Below, piece after piece: positions 41,424 through 58,072 of a stretch of DNA of 64,000 bases. Both the position numbers and the translations under genes were made by a program. Numbering within the stretch: position 1 is the stretch's first letter; every line of letters begins with the position of its first letter. The notes under the pieces were generated by a model, which saw only the letters and a program-made list of their open reading frames with translations, was not told where the DNA came from and ran no database searches. The DNA is taken from positions 62,001-126,000 of the forward strand of contig JAQGDQ010000210.1 of assembly GCA_030141605.1 (NCBI GenBank), written 5' to 3'. The DNA comes from Tubiluchus corallicola. Taxonomy: Eukaryota; Animalia; Priapulida.

Positions 41424-43962
41424 CTGAAGGACAACGATCCTCAGATGACCACCACCAGACACGAAACTTGAACTCCAACAAACAAAGTATTTAAGTACCC
41501 AGAAAGCACACACACTTGGCCAAGTACCATAAGAAGGTATCTAAGTGGATGGAAGCTCGTAAACCAGGTTTTTGTTCAGTGAACATCATTACACGGACAA
41601 TGGTACAATGGAACATAAAACAATTTTCATTATAAAACAATGGAATTGCGTAAATATCGTCCATCTACTGCAATAAATGAAGGTGGAGTGGATTGATTTT
41701 AGTAGGGCAGCCATTCTAAATAACAACTAATCAAAAACCGTAATTTCCAATAATCAATCATTACTGCCAACGTAAACATTAAACATACTTAAATCCGTTA
41801 TCCTTGATCTAATCATGAGCTATATGGTCTGGCGACTTTCAGTTTCAGTAGGATAATTTCAGGGCAACATTGAATGTGGTGCATTAGCGTAAGCAAGATA
41901 AAAATCTGACAAGCAAGAAGTTCAAGGCAAGATAAGCGCAGATAACTCGTTATACATTGATTTTTGCTATTTTGCCCACATAGGATAAAATACCTTGTTT
42001 TGAATTTGAATGTGCGAAACTAAAGGACAAAAGCCGAAATTATAGAACACTGCTCCAAAAGACGGTCACGTGGAGCACGAAGAATGAGTCATTAAGCAAC
42101 TTTTCCTCAAGGAGAAGCAAATGTCAAAGAATCCCAGGAATTTAGCGATAAGTGTAAGAAATGTACCGTTTAAAAACTAAGTACGTTAGTTAGTCAAGTC
42201 ATAAATTTATAAATACAAAGCTGAAACAACAAAATTGTAGTTTCTGTTGTTATAATGATAATTTTTGAAGTTAGCGACGCCTGTGTTTTACAGCAGTAGC
42301 CAAAAAAACAAAGTATTACAGTATCCCCCTTTTTAATTCTCGAAATAATTATGTGGCAATGACAATCATAAGTTTTCTTAGCTGCGCCTGCAGTGTAGCA
42401 AAAAACTGTTAATTTACTTGGTGCATGGTAGGGTACTTACAAATTATAAACAGGCCTGTGCATTATTCCTGTAACATAATATTATACCATAATAGTATAT
42501 ATACATTACCTCTGCAGCAATAGTGAGAGACGTTGACAAGATGATTGGTCTGAATTAGCAATGTCAACAAACTTTAATTGCATGGTGACCAATCAATTTG
42601 CCTCGCCCAAATATAGCTAAATTGAGCATTACGCTGGAACTGTATTTGACAATTTACCACTTCGTGTGAACTCATTATTTTTAGCATAACGAGAGCACAC
42701 CTAGGCGCAGATTGTAGTGCTGTCAAAGCGAGAACAAGAGAGTGTAGTTTAGAAATGATTTATAAACTGGCAATGAGGAATTAGTTTGCAATTAACTCAA
42801 TTAACCTTGTTGTTAATTTTACAAGCGAACCACCGCGGAGGTAAGCACAAACATTCAGAGTGATGCAAGACCTAATGATGTAGGGCTGATGAATACTTCA
42901 AGTTCAATGAATAGCATATAAATTACATTTTGCTAAAATTTAGACAGAGCAACACAAAACCATTCATTGTAGATGTATGGCATTTTCAGATAAATTAATG
43001 AATGTATATTATGTATATTACGCCTTCTTATTTGTTGTTTAATGCACTGTTTTTATTATATATCATCTGAACAATCTTCTGTAAGTTTAGGCATTTTTCC
43101 CATAGCTTTCATCGACCAATAGTATCATTCTGTAGGTCCTCAAATCTCGACAGATTCATTCCTTGTACCATACCTCATGTGTCTGTCACTTATAAGTTTA
43201 TTTGCTATGAATAAATAAATATTGTAGTAAGAAACGTTTTTATTAATAGATAAATCATTACTCAGCAATAACCGTTCTGTTCAGTGTTCACATTGTTCTG
43301 CTTGCTGGGGCCGCTGTTTGTCTACTGTCCTGCAGCTGTTGCATGTCTCTTCCTCACGTGACGTCACAGCACTGAGTGTCATGGCGACCATCAATATTTG
43401 TGACAGTACCAACGGCGCTTAATTTAAGTTACCATATCACATAAAAACATGCATCAAAACTGTTTTAAAAAATAATCAATTCCGCCTACGCTGTAAAAGG
43501 AAATAACATAAAAAAAGAGTGTGAAAGGACCTTTAACTTCCCATTGCTTGTCATAAGATGATCATGACAACCATTTAGGGCATACAAAGTCGGATAAGGA
43601 AGTAACGTGTTGAGATAAAATCCCACCCCTGACACCCAGGCAGGCGTTCTAAAGAAAAGTGAACAGGTTTCTTCGTATAATTACAGTGGATAAATTAATG
43701 TTTCAATAGTTGTTGAGCACTCAAGCACAGTGAGTCAATCTAACATCGGGTAGGCGCCCTCAGTGCAATTACGTGATCACACGTACTGTCAGCAAAAATT
43801 ATTGTCATCGTTGCTAAGACTTCTCTAATTACATGGCAGTAAAAATGGCTATTTCGTGTCTTGAATTCAAAGCATACACCAGCATCTAATAGTCAACTAA
43901 AAACTAAAATTATCTGAATGACTCAGCTCATCTCAGTTGCACGAGCGATACGTTTAATAACA

Positions 43963-44466
43963 GTAAAGGAAAACCGTGCAATTGTTTAAACTCAATCTCA
44001 TTTTAATTTACTGTCCAAAATATACATTTTCTTGTCTTCAAAAGTTAGCAATTGTTTCTTATATTTGAATAATTACCTTAGAAAGTTAATTAACAGAAAC
44101 TAACCACAATTTGTGCAATGGCAGGCATCTTCCTTTGCGCGTCAAGCAAGTTTGCGTAAGTGTTACTGCTTAAAAGCGTGATGTCACGAAAATGGACTCT
44201 ACGCCATATGACGTCAAAACTAACACTGCAGTTCATGATCATGGTTATTATGGTGTCGCATTCTGTTTGTCGACCACGCAAATGTGACAAAAAGGCGCCG
44301 TTGCCAATCTTAGTATACTCACTGAGTGGCGGGTAGCTTTGAAAGTTTAACAAAATTTGAGTATTCCAGGTAATTATTATTTAATCTAAGCTTCCATTTA
44401 AAAAAACCTGTTGTAGTTTTCAATATTTTATTGCATTCTGAACATAACCGTCCGGTTTCCCTTTAA
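43963..44466. mobile_element. third Kolobok-like MITE
   Basis: gtaa AGGAAAACCG ... CCGGTTTCCCT TTAA. Single copy in the window. Confidence 0.55.
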
Positions 44467-47400
44467 GAACGTAAAATCTGAAATAAAAAATACTGTGTAG
44501 TGTGCAGTACAGCCATTGCATATCTAGGTTCACAACCCACCCTACCAAAGTCCACCACCGTCAAAGAAAAAATAAACTACGCATAATACTTATACGATTA
44601 TTAGGTTCGTGGGGGGTGGGAGTGGATAACACCTTGCACCTGTGTGCATAATAGCACTAAAACTCGCTTCTCCAATTCTCTAGTTTTGTTTGTCGCTTAC
44701 AAAAGCTCACCTTCGGAAAACCAGGCAGCCACCAAGAGAAACAGACCAATTCAACACTTTTCATGAAGCAAAAAACAGAAAAAAGAGAAGGATGTTATTT
44801 TAGCAGTGTTGTTATTGCGCAGCCCACTCATTTAGTCTGCGTCTCAGAATCTCTGCACATAAACAAACCATTCCTGAACCTGAACCTACAAATCCTATGG
44901 AAATTTTCCTAAAAAACCGTTAAGAAAAAATGTTCCATAGTGCCACAAATTCTGGACCATTTTTCTGCGCAATCTTATGAGAAGCACAAAAATTCTTTAG
45001 CTGTTTTATACGCATGTTTCTTTATTGCCAGCTGATAATTGTAAAAAATAAAGCGACTTTTCATGGCAATACCACAGGTTAAAGACGCCTGGCTATTTAC
45101 ATTAAATAATTTTCATTCTGCATTTCACGTTAAACGCAAATGAAATGCCAACTGGTTCAGGTGCGCACAGTCCTCCATAAATCTAGTTAACCATTTTAAA
45201 AACTCTGCAGTGATATAATTTAATAACTGCGTTTATTGATGAAACAAACTAAGGGCAATCACTGCTTGCAGTCTACACCGTTCCCAAGCAACATTGTCAA
45301 GACAACTTGTGCAGCCTCTTTACAGCTTTACTGCACGGGGAAAAGGTGAAACCTGATTAGAAAATCAGGAACACAAAACAGCCTAACGTTTGACTAGAAC
45401 AATTCAATAAATGAATTTATGTGACCAACAATAAAGTCTAATTTTCCAAGTTTCTGCAACCGAGAACGATTCTACGACAACGCTTATTTAGCGGTTGTTC
45501 TAGCAAACTGATTCAGAGACGGATGAATGATATTTACAGCTCTACAATTTCCAGAAAAACGTTACAATAGTAAAAAAAAACTCATTTACATGATTTACAA
45601 TGTAAAGTCCGGATCGAGCAGAGTCCGTGTACAAAATTACAAAATAAGTTACCTAATCCGGACAGAGACGTTCTGTATTCGTATAACTACATCGTTATTG
45701 CTATGACGTCATCGTTATTGTTGCTATCGCAAACTATATTAACTACATGACGGTTGATCATTCGTTGGTTCGCATTTTTGTTTTATAGACGTAACACGTG
45801 GTGCTCACAATTCTATGTGTTACAGGCACAGAGCCCAGGTCCGGTGTAAATATTGGATTATACAGAGTTTGGTCTTCGCTTGATCAAATATGCCCATGGC
45901 TACTTCATTGGATTACGGAGATCAAACACAGTTCTGCTAATCAAGTAAAATAAAATCTAGAATCGAGTAATTAAATCAGGTGCTATGTTTTTCTTAAATC
46001 GCTTGTTTAATTCAGCACACGCAGCAATACACTGTGTGAAAAGTATATAAAACTGACAGTGAACGTACAAGCACACAACAGCATTTCATTAGAATTTAGA
46101 ATCACATTAGAATTTGCACAAAATGAGTTGAGTAGTTTGCACAAAGTACTTGCAAGAATTATGACCTAAACCTATAGGATGTACAGAGCAAAAACGCAAT
46201 GCACGAACTTAATGGCCCCCAAACAATCAAGTTCCTTTTCCGCTGAACTAGATTAAGTTTCTTAACTTGTTTAACTATTTGATCAACATATATCAGGGTA
46301 GTGTTCATTAATGACTGAATTAGTTTCAGTTCCAGATAATCAAAGCAAATCGCTTTTATTTTAAATGAATAACGGAGGTATTTCAAAGGCGATTACTGCA
46401 ACCCAAATCTCTTTATCAAAACCGGAAGAACAGATAGTGTTCAGTTATATAATCACTAATTATAAAGGGGAGCAACAAAGGATTTTATAATTACATAGTT
46501 CACAATGATGACATACGTATACCAAGACTAGAATTACACATCTACGTACGATTAATAACAAGAAGTGTGAATTTAGAAACTAAGGTTCGAATTTCGGCGT
46601 AATTTAGTGACTAATACGTCAACGCCTCTGTATAACCGAGGCTAAAAACTTTCATGATTTACCTTTTACTAACAATTATTCGTCACAAAAACCTTGTGGC
46701 GTACCTTTGGAACTTTTTTACTCAACGAGGCATATTAGTTCCTAAACAGCACATTCGAATTCAAACGCCTCGCAACTGCCGGTTCAGCTAACAGCCCAAC
46801 CTTCGTGTTGTTTTACAAAAAGCTACAAATGTTGGCCAAACAGTGTTGAACTAGTGACCGGCCAGACGAGCATTTGCTAAGTCGAGGCTTTGAAAGTAAA
46901 ACCAAACCGTCGATGTTCGCCAATGTTAATTATTAAGCTATACTACCTACGCTGATCCCCCCCCCCAATTTTCCCCCAGCTGTATTGAAACAAATGGTCT
47001 CAGGAAAGCTTGTGTATCACCCACAGGCAAATATGATGAAGACGAATGATAGCGATCTATGGTCACAGCTGACGTTGAAAACTGCCATTATGTATATACA
47101 TATATATCCACCAGATAATGACGTCATCAATTTAAGTTAAAGCAAATAGATGATATTTTGACCTTGCAGTGTTTCTAGCAGCATAACCCAGCAAATAAGA
47201 ACACCATTAATACGTGAGACCATACTTTCAGGTAGTTGAGATATCCATACACGAGTATGCATGCGTATCAAAAAAGTGAAATTTGATAAATAGTACTCAA
47301 CCAAGTTTTTAGTAGTTTAAAAAAATCAACAATGGTCGCAATTTTGAACAAAGAAAAAGTTACGATCTTGCCTTTTTTCTTAAGAAAATGATGAAACTCA

Positions 47401-47505
47401 AAAAAATACACACGTAGTTATAACGCTGCTAGTAACAAGACATCTTTTACTTGACTTAAACAAATTTTGTTCAGCCAACAAAAGAACTAGTTAAGCAAGA
47501 CCAAC

Positions 47506-47529
47506 CACACACACACACACACACACACA
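47506..47529. repeat. (CA)n microsatellite
   Basis: Directly visible. Confidence 0.9.
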
Positions 47530-50500
47530 GTTATTAAACATGTATTTCAAACACGTAAAGCTGTCAAAGACTCAACAGAAATCAAATTTTCTGCATAAGC
47601 AAAGCAAATAAACGCAATTACTTGGGGTCATATAATAACGTTATTTCAAAACTTTACAGGGGTCAGTGAAACTAGAAAAGTGCTCCCATCCCAGTGTTGC
47701 TTCCTAGTGGGATGTCTACATGGGCAATCAAGCACATAGTAGTACTTATTCAAGCTGTTACTGCGCTGAACACGGAGCCAAATTCTGGGGGTAAAGAACA
47801 CTCCATATCATTTTAGCACTTCAACCTTCAGACACCGACTTATCAAAACCAAGATTATCTATCACACATAAAGCTTATCTAAGGAGCTTTAAACAACATT
47901 CAAGGTCTAAAACAATCATCATGAACTGTTCAGCAACTGAAATCCTACTGTAGTAGTACAGTGCTTGAGGAAGCTAATGTCTGGAAGCATTAGGTACAAA
48001 TCAATAGCACTTTCAGTTGATGATATTATCCACGTCGTCTACTCAATTTAAAGAGACTTCAAGAGTACATCCTGTGCAGCCTTAATGAAGGCAGCAAAGT
48101 CATTATAAAGTCCTTGTTACAACACTGAGAAAAAGCGGAGTGGGGTGGAGGATGATTTGCCTGTAGCCATGACAAAATCACTTGAGTTCTCAGAGAAACA
48201 GATTTTCAAACTGACACAAGTGGAGCAAGTACATCAGAACACAATACACTCGAGAAAAAATGAGCATGTTTCTGCATTTTTCCTTCATGTTTTTAACTTC
48301 TAAGGATAATTAAGTGAGAAAATGCAACAACGTAGGCGGTCTTTTATATGCAAAACAAATTCATTATGTTATCAAAACACTTAAATATTACTACAGTAAA
48401 AGATGCCATTCTTAAACAGTGCTTGAAAAAATTAGTACGCGAGTACCTAGGTATCGTGATAATTACTAAGTATCTTTTCTAGTATTTTTGGTGGCCACTC
48501 TTAATTGCAATATACGAAACTCACTAGCTAATGAATGTCTAAAGAAAGGAGAACAGCAAAAAGACACACGGAGCTGCTTCTGCGCGGAATTCAATTTATA
48601 ATGACGCAGTGTCAAAAGTTATTTGTTTACTTGTTTATTAATCTGCATTTACGAATGTGAAGTGAAAACGGATGGCGAGAAACGTTTGCTACCGGTCAAT
48701 TGTTTTTTGCCTCCTAAAACGTCCTCCGTGTGGGGCCTTTAAGATAGTAATGTAATTCTCCTATGTTGCACTTCAAATTGCAGTGATACTTAAACTACTT
48801 TCGAGTGATAAAATCAATCAGCAGCAATACTGCCTACTGTAATCAAAAAGAAAAGCCTTGGCAATGGGATTACAAAAAACACACCAAGGGCACATTCACT
48901 GAACACAGAGATTTGTAAGAGCTAAGCGAGAAAACTACCATTAATTCTTAACAGCAAACTCAAATAATGTTAAAACAGAAAGGAAAGGCCAACAGACCAC
49001 AGACCTTTTGACACACAACTACAGAAGCAAAGATAAATGTTAGCATACCGCAATATAAATGATTATTCTCAATGGGTTACATTTCTCTCAAGGTAAGTAA
49101 CTGAGTAAGTTGCCAAAATTTCAAAATTGGTTAAAAAAATCATCAAATCAACATAGACCAAAATGCACTAAGTGCATGATAACTGGTCTTTTATATATTA
49201 CATGTACAACAAGCAAAAATCTTTCAGTGCAGTTCCATATGTACTTTTTTACAGCTCTTGTAATTTCTAATTAGCAAACATCCAATTTGGTTTTTCCCAG
49301 ATGCCCTCAACCCAAATGAAGATTCAGCCACAGCTCTTACCAAGAAGTTAAATATAAGGAGGACTGCTAATGGGTAGGGTTCCCTTCTACGCAAGCCAAG
49401 ATTAATAATGGTTTACCTACAGACAGTTCTTTCCATGCAGTTCCACAATTTTTAAAGGCAATTTCAAAGCATTAACACTAACTTTCTCTTGCAAAACATT
49501 TGATTAAACACTTTATATCATTAGTGACGTCTGCCACCATCTCTCACAGTCTCTGGTGCTTTCTGAAGCGACAGCAGGGAGACTGCATGAAATTAACATA
49601 AACCAAAAAATGATATTTTTGCAAATGGTTTCTACTTATGTAAAATTACCTCAGTACTTGAATCCAGACACAAAAGTCTACAATAGTTAAAATCGTGTGT
49701 AGCATTTAGGGCAATGGCACCATTGAACTATGATACAAACTGTTTCAAGCATGTTTTGTTTATTTTAAACCCTCAAAGAACACTAAAGCTTACAAAGTGA
49801 ACCACCACAACAATAACGTCTATTATCCACACTTGGATTCATTATTTATTTTAGTAGCACGCGAACAAAAAAATCCTTTCCCATCTATTTAATAGCGGGC
49901 CACCCAACAGAAAACCCTAGCAGCAGACTTTTTGTTAGAGTTCATCAGGTTGATGGTGTGCAATATTGCTCGGCAAAAAACTGGTTATTGCAACGCTAAG
50001 AGACGCTAATAATAACAATTTGGGAAAAATCTCCCACTGACGCCAATGTTCATTATCTAAAACTGAAGAACAACTACACTGTAGAAGTAAGAACAGGGAA
50101 CTTTTGATTTTCTTTTGAATTCCACCAAACAATGAGTTCTGGTAAAATACGTCACAATGCACTTGCAGCACACAGTAGCCAGTAAGAAGCTCCGTACAAT
50201 AAATCCTACATTGACACTCCATTAAGGGCACTTTGATACTTATGTTTCACATTTGTCTTTATTGTTTCAAAGACATAGCTACTATAGTATTTATTTTTCT
50301 TTCGTTTACTGGCTGTTTATTATTACCATTCATCATTCTACTGTCAAGGACTTTCAATTGTTCTTTTTTTTACTAACTGCCATATACTAATTTAGATTAA
50401 CCGCACTAAGATAACTACAAAACACGCACAAACAGGTGTAATATTGTATTCATGTAGATCACACTGTTATAGATAAAAGACCCATAATGGTCAGACAATA

Positions 50501-51073
50501 AAATATGTTTCAAAATTTAGCTTTTTAACTTGTTTTGAACCTACAAGTTTCATTAGAACAGTTTAGGCTATTTTTAAGCAAAGTTACGAGAACTACATAA
50601 TGCCAGAGAATAATCGTGAAATTACAGATTTTATCGTGTAACTGAAAATAATACAGATTTATAGACGTAACGTCATTTATACGTTCTGCAAACTTGACGG
50701 GAATTGTAGTGAAGATGTTCATACTTGGTTTTGTGGGTTAAGCACACAGATAAATGCTAGACTGCACTTCCTCTCAAAACAGACAGACACTGCACTCACA
50801 AAAGAAAACTTTCAAAAATGCATACTACAGCAAGAGTAAAAAGTTGTAACCCAGTACAAGCAGTAAAGCTAATCTAACAATGTGTATACTCAGTGATGAG
50901 ACCATCATGCTACCTATTACACAGTTAGACTGCACGATTAAAAATACATTTGTAGGTTTTCTTCTAATCATATCATTGTCATTCCCAGAGGATAGCATTT
51001 TGCAACACTTGATTCGCAGCAGCCCGTATAATTAAACTGATAAGGCAGCAACAGCAAAGACCATGGTGGTAAC

Positions 51074-52094
<1,021 letters not shown>

Positions 52095-53849
52095 TTAAAA
52101 AACACAGTTATAAGAAACTTTCATAGGTAAACTAGACAGAAACCAATGTCGAAAACTGGAAATTTGCCCTACATTTGTAATGTGCAAAAGTCAAATCAAA
52201 TGTACACAGTTAATACCGCCAAAATTAATACTGTAACTAAAATACTGAGTCATCATCAGATGTATACTTTCCTTCGAATCCTAAAATAAACTCAGAACTA
52301 TGAAAATTAGTTTTAACAACAAAAACTAGGTAAAAGGAAAAAACTGAACAAGTATTTTTTCTAGTATAAAGTAATAAAGATTATAAAGAAATTTATATAA
52401 AAGTTGATTGGCAAGGCAAAAATACCCAAGAATAACACAGTTGGCAGAAGAAATTCACAAGAAAAAATCAGTGCTACTTTTTTCAATAGTTTGAAAATGG
52501 AAATCCATGGAAATTCTCCCCAAAAACATTTTCTATAAGCTAACTTATGACACATTTACAAAACGAAAAAGTACAGCAGTAGATTCTGGCATGTCTGTCA
52601 TTAAAGTTCACTCAAACCTGAAGAGCTTGCAATAAGTACTACTACACTACACGTGAAAGTTGAACATGATTTCAGCACTTGAACTGTAATTGCATAACAA
52701 ACCTGAACAAAAGCACAACTTCCTAAAAAGTCTTCAATGCAAGACTTTCAATTATGCAAGAACTAACACTACAAATGTAATAAATGTCAAATGAACGGCA
52801 CAATAACAATGCAAATTTCATAATTTACAACCCTTTAATTTATAAAAATGGTTTTTACTATTGCAATGCACATTTTTAGATTTTTCAGAGCATGTCTAAT
52901 CCTCATACAATGTTATCTAAAATTTGTGATTTAATCCAAAATATATAAATATTGCACTTCGCTTGAAGTCAAGCAGCAATAATTTAAGGAATGTAAGGTT
53001 GTCAATAAGTGTGTGAACAATAAAGTGTGAAATCATTTAAATACTTCTTTCGAATAGGATACAAAGCGATATTAAGCAAATTAATACAGGAGCAGTTGTA
53101 TAAATGCAAAGATGATGATAAAGGTAGTGTTGAAAAGGCTAATGTGTGACATGCATTTAATCAGAACAATGATGACTCCTTATGTAAATTCGTAGAGAAA
53201 AAAGAGCAGAAAAGTGCATAAGCAACAACGAAAATTTATACTGGTTAGTATAAATATTCATACTAATTTGGGATTTATTGATAACCTTACGAAATGACCA
53301 GCCATCTAGGCAGATTCCATATATGTCTTTTCCTTGTGACGTGATTTCTTTATTGAAAAGCTAGTTATTCAGTTTCATCACCGTTTTTCTAATAAAAATT
53401 TTTACATTTTGTTTCAACAATTTTGTTAATTACATCTGTCAGTAACCAGACATGACGTAACTCTATTCTACTTTGACATCAGCAAACACAAATTTCCAAA
53501 CTATGTTCTTTAAGACTAGTTTGATAAATGCCCCATTAGGGATGTCAAAATTTTGCCAATATATTTTGGCTATGCACGTTTCTTTTCCACTGCATTTTCA
53601 TTCTCGAAATTATACTGAAACTTTTATCTGGTTGTTTTGACAAAATTTCTAAAGTACTGTTTAGGAAACTTATTGAAAATAGGTACCATCTTCTTGGAAG
53701 AAACACTGATGACACACCAACAAGGTTATCCTGTTCAGAACTAACATTAATGCTTCTTCTTCTTCATCACAGGTATTCTTCAACCTTCACTATGAAGTTA
53801 AATAACGTGGAAAAGGCATTTGAAGGTAACATCTGATTGTCCGCTCTGC

Positions 53850-54300
53850 GAGAATGGCGAATACTGACCATGTATTTTCAAAACAGTCCACAATTTCCAA
53901 CTTCGATGACCTGCCACTTGAATTGCGAAGAGGTCAACAATAGCTTAAACTTTTTGCTCGTTAGTCTGGCAGTAAGAAACAGACAGTGCCAGTCAATACA
54001 ACTTGAAGATTTGCAACTCCAAAATCTGCTTGACAATAATTTCCTTTCCACTTAACCACTTTGCACACCCCACTTCTCTGACTGAAGCTTCTTGACAAAT
54101 CCTGGAGCAATGAATGTCTCTATTGCTTGCGACAACGAATCATTATTGTACGAGGCAGTTCCAACATGTCAATGTCAATATATTGCAGAAGCTGCTATTG
54201 GTGGGGACAATGGAGCTCTTCAGATTGCCTTGATTGACATGGGACAAGATTGGATTCAGCTAGAAGCCATTGTGATTTAACACTTGGGGATTCTGTGGCG
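53850..54300 (-). pseudogene. possible decayed DIRS-like RNase H region
   Basis: Frameshifted motifs in the expected order: W...E...HVN, WLSGKE, CQADF, IDW, VDLFA. Confidence 0.3.
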
Positions 54301-56049
54301 GCTGTCCTGCTGCCCGCAGAGAACGTTATTAACTGATTATGTTAGATTACTGGGCAAGTTGAGTGTTGTTGAGCAAGCATTAGAGAGGGAACTGAAGTCA
54401 GCCTCAAGGAAAATGATGACTATTAAAAAGTCTCAAGATTAAAAGCATTCAAGTACAAAATGAGCACAGCCAGCGTCTTTTCAGCCATCTTTTTTCATTT
54501 ATCTTCTGCTAACGTGTTATAGAAACTTTTGCTCAAAATTTTCCAAAATGCCACATTACACAAAGTTTTATTTAAACAATAATATGCTGTAACTACTGTT
54601 ACAAAAAACTGAGTTGTGCACTTAATGTAACATATTTTTAATAAGCGGTACAAAATACTATAATATAAATAATATTATATATCATCATTTTCACAATCCT
54701 ATAAGTGGTTAACATCAACATCCATCACAAACTGCTATCTCTTAGCTTTACACAGAAAAACAATAGTCAGTATAACCAATAAGCAGTTTAAAACCAGAAA
54801 CAGATATTACCAGTAAGCAAAAATTAAATTTCACTGTAATGTAAGTATACACACGTCAATAAAAAATTGTAATTTCAAAACAACTGCACATCAATTTTTG
54901 CAACCAATGAGAGCTCAACCAGCCTGCTTGTTAGCTGAGTGTTAGACACTCATATTCTGACATGATTGACATCAACTGTGCACCATATCAGGTCTTAAAC
55001 AAAGCAACTAATTTCATAACAGGTTAGACATAACTGGCATAGTTATTACAATCAACATCTTTTACAATTTGTTTGTTTAAGCAAACTATGAGTAATTTTC
55101 GTTGGCAGCAGTCTGGTCATTGCACTGCAATGGGTCACAACACACAGTGTGCAACAAAAATAATTACTTTCACCTGTTTGCCAACAATAGACATTATGTT
55201 TTCAACTCAAACAGATTTTGGTAACAACTTCCAGTTACATGTTTGCAGAGAGCTACTAAATGAGACATTAGACATTTTGCTGTTTTCACTTTTTGCTTAT
55301 GTTTGCACCTAGTTCAGAACTTTGTTATGAATGCCAGTATATTATTATTAACATCATTTTGTTTCAAATATACTTTACATATATAATTTATAAAAAACTG
55401 CTTCATAAGTAATTCACAATTCATATTACACTGCTATGAACACAAATGAGAATAGAATCTACACTGGTATTATACTAGTTCTTATTTAGTGTGAGACTTT
55501 CCGTAGTTCAAAATAAATCAAAGAGGTAACTGATAGGTTTCAATTGTTACCAACAAAACTCTGCTGACCATAAAATTTATACATAGTAAATAACATTCTA
55601 AACAGCACTGAATTGAAAAATTCTATTACCAAAAAACACACCCAAAAATTAAATTTCCAAAAAAAACGCACATTGTACGTATAGAACTGTTTGTATATTG
55701 TAACGTAAGGTTCATACGAGTTTGTTAGATCCTGAAGGACTTACTCAACAAATTAGCACAACTTTTATTACAGTACTCGAGCACTTGAGACTAATGTACA
55801 AAAATACGCACAATGGGAGGCATTTTCAAGTGCTTAACTTCAAGAATTTCCCAACAAAAAAACTAGAGATCTGGAACAGGGTCAACTCCACGTGGCTGAG
55901 TGACCAAATAAGTAACCTTACCCAGGGATCCCACGCCCAGCCTGGCTCCTCTATGCCTTTAATATCATGTTACACAATGATGAAAATATCCAATCACTAA
56001 TAATTTCTAATGCTTTGGAGACATCAGAAAGAGAAACAAGTTTTCTCAA

Positions 56050-56645
56050 TTTTATTTATAAACTGTTGTCTTTTTCCAGAAAGTACGGTTGTGATGATTC
56101 ATGATTAAACGCTAACACTAGCCACAGGGTAGATTCAATCCAACTGTATAAACATACAGAAGATTATCCAAGACAAGCATTTAACAGAAGATTATTATGA
56201 AAAAAATCAAAAACTCCTAAAAATTACCAATCAATCTGACCCCAGTAAAATCGACCCGAAGACATGGGACATGGTTGGCATAATTGAAGTACGAGTTGGC
56301 TTCAAGAACAACCTCAGTAATCTGTTTTCGTGACAAGTTCGGTGTTGTGTGTAAGAATACAGGTGAATTCTGGTAGTTCCAAAGAAGAACTGAAAGCAGA
56401 ATTTGAGAGAAGATCCTGTCGAAATAATATTTACTTCTAGACAAAGCCAAAGCTGAGGTTTCTTAATCTAAGTCGGATGTAGGTGAGTTTACACGCTTTT
56501 AAATAAGTAGTGAGATTTAAATTTAAGCTTATTTACTTGTATTTATTTTCCATTTCATTGTTTGTTTATGTATTTGTTTATCTGTAAAAATATCTGCTTG
56601 TGCCTGTTAAAAAACCTTGTTTCAATCATTCATTCATTCAATTCA
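56050..56645 (+). mobile_element. decayed LINE 3' end
   Basis: Broken coding-like sequence (DPKTWD, similar to the GRPxxTW C-terminal motif) ending in an (ATTC)n tail. Confidence 0.35.
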
Positions 56646-57567
56646 CTGCTGCCTTATTAATACGGAATACGATACTGCAAGATTACAACTAAAGCCTACA
56701 AGCAACTACAAATAAAATTAATAACGTTATTTCGGTGTCTTTTTCCTGCCAAAGTATCTAACCTTCAGCTAGACCTCAGCAATCTCGTTTGATTTATCAC
56801 ACAGCATACACGACGATTACACGTGCGTCAGCTGAACATCTGAAGACATAAATGCTCTGTAACGAGTACGCTCATTTCAAAAACGTCTCATTCAGTTAAC
56901 GAATGGAGCCGAAGTCGTTTCTTCGGTTCAGGAAAGATAACAGATTTCACTGAGTTATCTGCTTTCAAACACATTTCAACGCGGCGTGTAGAACAGTAGC
57001 AGCCTGGGGGTCACTAAGCTGTAAAGCTTTAACGATCACGGCAAGTCGAAAGTGACAGGAATTTCTTAATTTAAAAAAAGGACGACAAAACCCAGAAGCA
57101 ACACAGCTGACCAAAATTCTGCTTTTACTATTAAGAACTCTACGGGCTCTTGGAAGCGTTTATTTAGTCAGACTCTGTAAAGTTGCTACCAAAGCAGGTA
57201 TCAGAAGCAGTCGAGAGTTGTACACACAGGATAATTTGTAATCCGGCTTTTTCGTAAATGTTTTTACGCAAATTTTTAGGTTCATGGAAGAAATGGAAAT
57301 TGCTGCGTTTCAGATACACACAAAGACAGAGACGTCAAAAGACTGCCAATTCAACTAAATGCGCAAGAAGACCGCAAGGCATTCTCAGATCCTTTCTTTA
57401 TCATTCGTCATCTCATTGCGTAATGTTTACGTCTTCCAAAATAATTTTCTTAAATTAAAGGCCAATATAACCCCAACACACCGAAGTTTTTTGTCGTACT
57501 AATATGCTTACAAAAAGAATTTGTAGCTAAGTTTACGTAAAATGAACAGATAAATTAAATAACTTAC

Positions 57568-57615
57568 TTTTTTCTGACGAATTTCGAATGTGTACATTGT
57601 CGTGAAGACCGCCAT
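57568..57615 (-). CDS. elav: candidate elav first coding exon (MAVFTTMYTFEIRQKK)
   Basis: aacATGG start, 48 nt, consensus donor GTAAGT, phase 0. Joins in frame to ATA AAG CTA ATA ATG at 52091. CpG-rich context. Confidence 0.6.
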
Positions 57616-57642
57616 GTTTCGCGCCTTGCGAAAATGACGTAA
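57609..57642 (-). promoter_or_regulatory. candidate core promoter: YY1-like CCGCCATGTT over the ATG, CRE-like TGACGTAA with Inr-like TCATTT
   Basis: Motifs read directly at 57609-57618 and 57635-57642, next to a candidate first exon. Confidence 0.4.
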
Positions 57643-58054
57643 TTAATATTCGACATAAGTAACCTTCAGGAGTTAAGCGAAAGTTGAATCACGATTAGCG
57701 TAAAATATATGATTTCTTGCCTTCAAAATATAGACACTTTGGGGAAGTTAAATTGCCGACTTGACACTTGAGTCTGGCAGTGGTGGAGCTAAGTTAGGAC
57801 AAGTTGAAATACAAGAAACAAGAAAGTGAAAAAACAAGAGAAAGCAGTTTTACAGTAAATTTATAATAAAATAAATTGAATATTCGTAATGAGAGTAGGA
57901 TTTTAGGTTGTAAAAGCTTATATTATATAGCAAGGGTTTAGTTTGATTTTAACTTTAGTTTTCGTCAGTTCGTTGGTCTGTTCACTATTGCTGTTTACAT
58001 TGTTGCAATTTTGTTACAGTCACAACAATGTAGCTTAAGTTTATTTTTTCATAC

Positions 58055-58072
58055 TTCTAGTGCCTTACGCAT
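58055..58072 (-). CDS. elav: candidate alternative elav first coding exon (MRKALE)
   Basis: aaaacaATG CGT AAG GCA CTA GAA|GTATGA, phase 0. Good start context but a weaker donor. Confidence 0.3.
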